Assembly (NCBI RefSeq): GCF_910583865.1
Contig: NZ_CAJTYX010000007.1
Location: forward strand, 12,588 to 76,587
Source of the DNA: an uncultured Muribaculum sp.
Lineage (GTDB): Bacteria > Bacteroidota > Bacteroidia > Bacteroidales > Muribaculaceae
Direction: 5' to 3'
Length of the DNA: 64,000 bases
A program made the translations under genes and the position numbers. The notes beneath the pieces are model-generated. The model saw only the letters and a list, made by a program, of their open reading frames with translations, ran no database searches and had not been told where the DNA came from. Below, one piece after another: positions 57,971-64,000 of the stretch (position 1 is its first letter; each line of letters starts with the position of its first letter).

Positions 57971-58008
57971 CCCTCCTTATCACACAATATATTAATAACA
58001 ACAGAAAT

Positions 58009-60507
58009 ATGAAAACATCATATATGAAAGGCCGGCTTCTGTTCAAAGCCATGTTCATGGCCCTTGTCGCGGTGTTGGCATCGTGTCAGGAGGACTACAA
58101 GCTGGAATTGCCGCTCGCTTTGACACAGGAGGAGCTGACGCTGGGAGCATCCGGCGGCTCTACCCACGTGCTCGTCTACAGCACCGGCAACTGGACAGCC
58201 ACCTTGAAAGACCCTGACGACGCATCATGGGCATCCATAGAGATGGGTTCCGGCAAGGAAAACGGCGAGTTTATCTTTAATTATGCGAAGAACCCCGGCC
58301 TCGGACGTCAGGCCATGATCGTCATAACAACCGGCTCCGAGACCAAGGAACTTGCAATGAACCAGTCGGGCTATGTGACAGCACCCAACCTGGCGCTGTT
58401 GAACCAGAACTTCGCGATGCCCTCATGGGAGTCGACAAGTTCGGTTCCGTTCTCCACCAACCTCGACCTTGCGCTCGACCGCATCTATGCGATAATCGAT
58501 TACGGTGACTTCGATACTGCCGACGGTGCCGACAACTCCGCCGTAGAGACTGTCCGCGCTACCAAGGAAAATCCCGGATGGCTCACCGACATCGTTGTCG
58601 AAGAGGACACCGTCCGCTTCAAGGTGGCTGAAAACACCGACGGACTGCCCCGTGTGGCCCGTCTGACGCTCCGCGCCACCAACGAGGCCACCGCCCGCAA
58701 CTACAACACCCAGGCTTTCGTGACGCAGACGGCCACTACCGGCTACATGCGCTTCAATGCCCCCGAACAGCCTGCCGAGGTAGAGTCGTTCGAAAAGACC
58801 GTCTCTTTCCTCTGGGACACCAACATGGAGACATACTTCAACAAGTTGGAATTCGATGTCACCTATGAGGAGGCCGGCGAGCCTTGGATCAGCAATCTCA
58901 AACCTCTCAAGAGCGGCCTTCAGGCAGATATCGCCGAAAGCACTTTCGCAGGTCAGCGCCATGCCACCATCACGGTTACTTACAACGGTCCCGAGGGCAA
59001 CGTGACGGCAGTACGCGAGGTGGTTCAGGCTGAACCTTCGCTAGAAGTGCCTTTCGCCGACCTGCGTGCACGCCTCACCTCCGCAGGTACTCTCAATCTT
59101 GAGCGCGATTATATCATGGCACAGGTGATTTCAGATCCGGGCAATGCCAACCTCGAGACAAATCCGCAGCCTACCTGGACTACCGTCGATTTTAACGAGA
59201 GCACACAGACTGCCTATATACAGAGTCTCGACGGAAAATATGGTTTCCGCGTCAAACTGGCTTCGGGAGAGTCTCCGGAGGTACTCCCGCGCTATGCGAC
59301 GGTTAAGATATCTCTTGCCGACCTTGTTATGGAACGTGAGGATGCCCCCGCGCGCTATACCCTGCGCAATTTCAAGGCAGTGAATGTCCTTGAATCAGCT
59401 GCAGGCACAGAAGCCGCTCTCCCGGTTAAGGAACGCCACATCAATCAGCTTACCGATGACGATATATATACGTTCTGTGCCATGAAGGACATGGAGCTTG
59501 TCATTCGTTACGGCTCGTGGACCAATCTGCGTCATGACTTTGTGTTGAAGCATGAGACGTTCGCTCCGAATGGAGCTACCGCGCATCGTTGCGACTGTTT
59601 CCCGCGTTTCTTCCGCGACATCAACGGAGATAACATCCCGATGCTCATAAATGCTTATACACCTTGGCGTTGCGATGGCAAAAATGTACCCAAGGGATCC
59701 GGTACTGTAAATGCCATTGTGGTGCATTCTCCTCTGAAACGGCAGTCTGCCAATGATGAGATGGGCACATATCAATTGCGTGTGCTTGGCCGCGATGACA
59801 TCCGACTTGATGAAAACAACGGATTCTCCACTGTCCTCACCGAATGGGAGTGGTTCACATCTACGTCGATATCAAAAGCATCCGGATCGGAAACTCGTAT
59901 CAATCCGCGTATCGGCAACGGTTATATGGATACCAATGCACCGAAAGTCACACTGTCCGGTTCCGGCAATCCTGCCGCTGTCACCGGAACCACGGGTGGA
60001 TTCTTCAATAAGACTTTCGACGTGAAGTCTAATACTACTTCTGCATTCCGTTACAACCTCAGCTGGTGGGATTTCACTGAAAAGAAAGGATATTCCGTAT
60101 TCTGGAACTTCTCGACAGCGGGTATTTCCGGTTCAAATCTGTCACTGATGATGACTTGTGCTTCCGGATATCAGAATATCACGGATGTGGTGCCTACGTA
60201 TTGGAACATTGAATATTCTACCGACGGGGTCAACTTCACTACGCTTAAAAAGAAATGGGTCATTTATCCATGTCCTGTTTATGCGTATGAACTTGGCGAC
60301 TGTGCTCCCGGTAATGCCGAGGTTATTCTTGAACTCCCCGATGCGCTTTTCGGACAGGAGTCGGTTACCGTGAGAATGACTGCTGCATCTGCAAAGAACA
60401 CTACCAAGGCCGGAATTGGAAAAGGTACATTGAAGGCTACTAATATTGTAAGCGGCAACCAGCCTTATCTCCGATTCGATGCGATTACAATTAAGTATAA
60501 CAAGTAA
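58009..60507 (+). CDS. BACON + DUF5689-like surface lipoprotein
   Basis: Lipobox LASC; BACON repeats; YIQSLDGKYGF, LTDDDIYTF, PKGSG; terminal IKYNK. Confidence 0.75.
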   Translation: MKTSYMKGRLLFKAMFMALVAVLASCQEDYKLELPLALTQEELTLGASGGSTHVLVYSTGNWTATLKDPDDASWASIEMGSGKENGEFIFNYAKNPGLGRQAMIVITTGSETKELAMNQSGYVTAPNLALLNQNFAMPSWESTSSVPFSTNLDLALDRIYAIIDYGDFDTADGADNSAVETVRATKENPGWLTDIVVEEDTVRFKVAENTDGLPRVARLTLRATNEATARNYNTQAFVTQTATTGYMRFNAPEQPAEVESFEKTVSFLWDTNMETYFNKLEFDVTYEEAGEPWISNLKPLKSGLQADIAESTFAGQRHATITVTYNGPEGNVTAVREVVQAEPSLEVPFADLRARLTSAGTLNLERDYIMAQVISDPGNANLETNPQPTWTTVDFNESTQTAYIQSLDGKYGFRVKLASGESPEVLPRYATVKISLADLVMEREDAPARYTLRNFKAVNVLESAAGTEAALPVKERHINQLTDDDIYTFCAMKDMELVIRYGSWTNLRHDFVLKHETFAPNGATAHRCDCFPRFFRDINGDNIPMLINAYTPWRCDGKNVPKGSGTVNAIVVHSPLKRQSANDEMGTYQLRVLGRDDIRLDENNGFSTVLTEWEWFTSTSISKASGSETRINPRIGNGYMDTNAPKVTLSGSGNPAAVTGTTGGFFNKTFDVKSNTTSAFRYNLSWWDFTEKKGYSVFWNFSTAGISGSNLSLMMTCASGYQNITDVVPTYWNIEYSTDGVNFTTLKKKWVIYPCPVYAYELGDCAPGNAEVILELPDALFGQESVTVRMTAASAKNTTKAGIGKGTLKATNIVSGNQPYLRFDAITIKYNK

Positions 60508-60523
60508 CGACTTTCATCTCATC

Positions 60524-62830
60524 ATGAAATATAGCATTTCAAATATAGGAAAGCTGATCGCATGCATTGCCGCGCCATTTTTGGTGGCGGCGTGCAGCGA
60601 CGACGAAATCGACAACAGCTCCGTGGTTGAATTCGGTATTACCGGGAATATTTTCACGGTAAGCGCCAACGCCGGACATGTCGATCTCCAGCTCATGTCC
60701 AACCAGAATTGCCATCTCCGATTCGAGGAGGAGACACCCTGGGCGGAAATAAGCGTGCAGGATGTAAACGGCGATTCCAAGTTCTACATCGACTACGATG
60801 ACAACCCCGATTTCCCCCGTATCGCCAAGGTTATCGTGGAAGCCCGTGGCAAGCAGCTCGCCGACACTATAGTGCTGCGTCAGCGCGGTCTTGTCACTCC
60901 GTCCGTATCACTCGCCTCCGGCTCCATGATACTCAATGGCAGTGCGGCCGGCTCCAACCAAGGGATAATGACCACCAATCTCGACTTTTCCTCCGATGTC
61001 AAGCCTGAAGTCGTCTATACGGGCGGTGAAGGTACGGATTGGATCGAGAGCGTGACATCCGATGCCGCTCCCCGTGGCGATGGCGAATCACATCTTGTGA
61101 TTGCCTACAAGCCCAACACTTCGGCAAATCCGCGTTCGGCGACTCTCAACCTCACATACGACAACGGGTGGGGTGAGATGCAGTCCGTGTCATTGTTCAT
61201 CACACAGAAGAACAACCGCGACGAGCTGGGACGCAACGTGTCGTTTGAGGAAGTGAGGAATCTGGCAAAGATGAGCGCCGATGTCACGATTGACGACTAT
61301 CTTATTCTAACCGGATATGTGGTGAGTGACAAGGCGTCGCGCAATGCCGGAGACAATATCCAGCTGACTCCTACCAGCATCGACTACTCCATATGCGACC
61401 GCACCGTCTACTTCGAGAGCCTCGACGGGAAGTACGGTTTCAACATCCTTACCGCTACAAAGGAGGACAATGTGTTTGACCGTTACGACAAGGTCGACCT
61501 CCTGCTCAAGGGTGTGGTGCTCCATGCCGAGAACGATCCCTACAGGTATAATCTGTCTGGCATAACCACCTCGATGATTGTTGGCCGCTCCGCCGGTTCG
61601 GCATCGGATATCCCCGTGAAGGAGAAATACATCTCCGAGCTTACCGACGATGACATCAATACGTTCGTGACTCTCAAGGATTGTGAGTTTGGCGTGCGCA
61701 AAGGGCCGCTCGCTCCGATTCACGACGGTTATACTCTTGCCGACAACGCCCACCGTATGACCAAGTATCCGCGTCTGATGCGCGACATACAGGGTTCGAG
61801 CATCTACCTCTACACCAACACAACCTGTCCTTACCGCCGTACCGGCAAAAAACTCCCTTACGGCTCAGGCAAGATCTCGGGTGTGGTAGTGTTTGAATAC
61901 TTCAAGGCGTATGTCTACGGTGACGGATACGATACCGACACTCATGGACGCATCGGTACTTATCAGCTCCGCCACCAGTCGTATGATGACATCCGCTTCA
62001 ACGAAAGCGAATCTTTCTCTACGATTCTCACAGAATATAACTATGTGAAAGGCAAGAAAACCGACGCCGACGGACGCTACTACTGGTATCCTACATGGGG
62101 CAACAACGGACGCTTCACGCATTCATGCCTCCGCTACAAGAACACATGCTACGCCACCACTACCTGGAATTACCTCGGATGGACAGGCACGGCAAAAGGT
62201 GTGGCCCCGTTCCGCGGGCATGTCGGCAATGACGGCAACGGTCGTGGCATCATCCTTGAGGACGGCACAAACTGGGGTGCTACAGGTACCAATCCGAACA
62301 GTGATGGCAAAGGCCAGAACACCAGCACTAACGGCGATTCCTGGTGCACACAGTACTGGTGGGAGGAAGCCAAAGAGGAAGGGCAGGAAGATCAGCCAAA
62401 CTACTGGCTCGCCGAGTTCTCCACCGCAGGCATTTCCACCGATAGGCTTTCCATGCAGATTTCCGTGCAGGGCGGACGTGCTTTGGAATTGGTAAGCCCC
62501 ATATACTGGGCTTGCGAATGGACTACCGGCGCTCCTTTCGATGAAAACACCCGTTGGGAGAGAATCGGCGAATACCAGGTGCCCGACTTCCCTATCTGGA
62601 ACAATTACCACGAATGGCAGCTCCCGGCGTTCAAGCATATCGACTTCCCTCTGCCGCTGACAATGTTGGGGCACGAGAAGGTATATGTACGTTTCTTGCC
62701 GACAAGCAAGAGGGCCAACACGTCATACGGCTTTGATGCAGGCGAAATCGGCCAGGAAGGTTCGGCCCAGAATCCTTACAGCACCTCCGGCAGCGCGATG
62801 GAATACTTTGCTATCCGTTACAACAAGTGA
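60524..62830 (+). CDS. BACON + DUF5689-like surface lipoprotein (paralog of the upstream gene)
   Basis: Lipobox VAAC; YFESLDGKYGF, LTDDDINTF, PYGSG, FSTAGIS; terminal IRYNK. Confidence 0.75.
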   Translation: MKYSISNIGKLIACIAAPFLVAACSDDEIDNSSVVEFGITGNIFTVSANAGHVDLQLMSNQNCHLRFEEETPWAEISVQDVNGDSKFYIDYDDNPDFPRIAKVIVEARGKQLADTIVLRQRGLVTPSVSLASGSMILNGSAAGSNQGIMTTNLDFSSDVKPEVVYTGGEGTDWIESVTSDAAPRGDGESHLVIAYKPNTSANPRSATLNLTYDNGWGEMQSVSLFITQKNNRDELGRNVSFEEVRNLAKMSADVTIDDYLILTGYVVSDKASRNAGDNIQLTPTSIDYSICDRTVYFESLDGKYGFNILTATKEDNVFDRYDKVDLLLKGVVLHAENDPYRYNLSGITTSMIVGRSAGSASDIPVKEKYISELTDDDINTFVTLKDCEFGVRKGPLAPIHDGYTLADNAHRMTKYPRLMRDIQGSSIYLYTNTTCPYRRTGKKLPYGSGKISGVVVFEYFKAYVYGDGYDTDTHGRIGTYQLRHQSYDDIRFNESESFSTILTEYNYVKGKKTDADGRYYWYPTWGNNGRFTHSCLRYKNTCYATTTWNYLGWTGTAKGVAPFRGHVGNDGNGRGIILEDGTNWGATGTNPNSDGKGQNTSTNGDSWCTQYWWEEAKEEGQEDQPNYWLAEFSTAGISTDRLSMQISVQGGRALELVSPIYWACEWTTGAPFDENTRWERIGEYQVPDFPIWNNYHEWQLPAFKHIDFPLPLTMLGHEKVYVRFLPTSKRANTSYGFDAGEIGQEGSAQNPYSTSGSAMEYFAIRYNK

Positions 62831-62852
62831 TTTCCAACAAATTATTTAGAAA

Positions 62853-63773
62853 ATGAAACTAAGAAATATATTGATGGCCGCCTCGCTGCTGATGCTTTCC
62901 GCCTGTGGCGACGACAACGATGACAAGCAGGTGGTGGAGCAGGTGACCGGCCCTACCGAGGTGACGCTAATATCCTGCGACATCCTTACCGATGAGGCCA
63001 CCCAGGCCGGCGACCTGTCATGGAAAAAGCGTCGCGTTGCCTTGCTCGGTATGCTCGAGACCGAAAAGCCCGACATCATGTGCATGCAGGGGCAGTACTG
63101 GAATCAGGTCGTGTATCTCGAACAGAAGCTTGCCGGCACATATACTATAGTCGACCATGCGGTTGAAGGTGATGACTCGGAAAAGGGTCGCCACAATTCG
63201 GTGATGTACCGTTCCGACAAGTACACCCTCGAAAAGGAAGGCCGTTTCTGGCTCAGCCAGACCCCCAACTCCAAGACCAATCCGTGGGCGGCCACCGACA
63301 ACGAGCGACGTATAGCCACATGGCTGCTCCTCAAGGATAACAGCACCCGCGCGCGTTTCTACGTGGTAAGCACCGGCTTGAACACCGGCGACCTCGCCGA
63401 GGACATGCAGGCACGCGTGAACAGCGCCGACCTGATCGTGACAAAGTTTCAGGAATTCATGGAGACCGACGGCATCGACATCCCTGTCATTCTCGCCGGC
63501 AACATGAACGCCTCATATGCCGCCGACGACACCCGCCGCGACTGCCTGAAGCCGTATCTCGCCTGGATGGAGTCCGTACGCGACGAAGCGCCGACCACAG
63601 ATACGAAGCCGAGCTACAATGGCCTTGGACGTCCCGCTTCCGGAGTCTGCCTGGTGCCCGACCATATCTTCATATACAAGGCGCAGGCATTGGAGTTCGC
63701 CACTCTCGACGGTAATTACGGAGTGCCTTACATCTCCGACCACAACCCTATTTCCTGCAAAGTCAAATTTTGA
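62853..63773 (+). CDS. Endonuclease/exonuclease/phosphatase (EEP) fold lipoprotein with degenerate active site
   Basis: W..RR, PDIMCMQ, GRFWLSQTP, RIATW, DHIF, ISDHNPI; several catalytic motifs substituted. Confidence 0.85.
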   Translation: MKLRNILMAASLLMLSACGDDNDDKQVVEQVTGPTEVTLISCDILTDEATQAGDLSWKKRRVALLGMLETEKPDIMCMQGQYWNQVVYLEQKLAGTYTIVDHAVEGDDSEKGRHNSVMYRSDKYTLEKEGRFWLSQTPNSKTNPWAATDNERRIATWLLLKDNSTRARFYVVSTGLNTGDLAEDMQARVNSADLIVTKFQEFMETDGIDIPVILAGNMNASYAADDTRRDCLKPYLAWMESVRDEAPTTDTKPSYNGLGRPASGVCLVPDHIFIYKAQALEFATLDGNYGVPYISDHNPISCKVKF

Positions 63774-63784
63774 ATTGAATTAAG

Positions 63785-64000
63785 ATGATGAAAGCAAAAT
63801 ATCTGTTGCCTCTCTCGCTGTTTTTCGTAAGCGCCACGGCATGCGGCTCCGATGATGACGACGCTGTCGCATCCTCGTCGGAGGTGCCGGGCACTCCGAT
63901 GAAGGTGATGTCATATAATATCCGATATTCCAACACCATTGACTTGGGTGACACTTCATGGGACGCACGCCGTCAACCGAGCATCGACATGATTCGTGAC
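63785..64000 (+). CDS. EEP family lipoprotein (partial, runs off the window)
   Basis: Manual translation MMKAKYLLPLSLFFVSATACGSDDDD...MKVMSYNIRYSNTIDLGDTSWDARR. Confidence 0.85.
   Translation, partial: MMKAKYLLPLSLFFVSATACGSDDDDAVASSSEVPGTPMKVMSYNIRYSNTIDLGDTSWDARRQPSIDMIRD

Noticed and set aside
1..64000. rRNA, tRNA, prophage, integrase or intact IS
   Set aside because: No recognisable signatures by eye; tRNAscan-SE and Infernal were not run, so small RNAs cannot be fully excluded.

Overview
Chromosomal window from a gut Bacteroidales bacterium. TAnnTTTG promoters, SusC/SusD pairs, type V pilins and 9-bp intergenic arrays suggest Muribaculaceae. Left to right: (1) partial mtnN and a RagA/RagB-type SusC-SusD-lipoprotein operon (minus). 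(2) A type V (Mfa/Fim) pilus locus at 7.2-19.1 kb, whose genes carry in-frame copies of local intergenic repeats. (3) An accessory block at 19.1-23.9 kb: REP-like inverted repeats around a possible Y1-transposase relic, a HEPN-MNT pair, an AAA-wHTH ATPase, and an AT-rich ABC-ATPase + TOPRIM-like pair that is a candidate defence system. (4) TlpA, a serine hydrolase, MscS, purN and a PepSY-like lipoprotein. (5) A LacI-controlled SusC/D locus at 28.6-47 kb with no recognisable glycosidase. It instead encodes two paralogous metallophosphoesterases, a propeller-histidine-phosphatase fusion, a Na+/solute symporter and a polyol dehydrogenase. This is the best candidate for an undescribed system: polyol-phosphate or teichoic-acid-like foraging. 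(6) An SGNH esterase, GH109 and a DcaP porin. (7) A second phosphodiesterase-flavoured SusC/D locus from 51.7 kb to the end, preceded by a gene with a poly-G tract and containing an apparently catalytically dead EEP lipoprotein. No rRNA, tRNA, CRISPR array, integrase or intact transposase was recognised. All family calls come from motif recognition by eye, not database searches.
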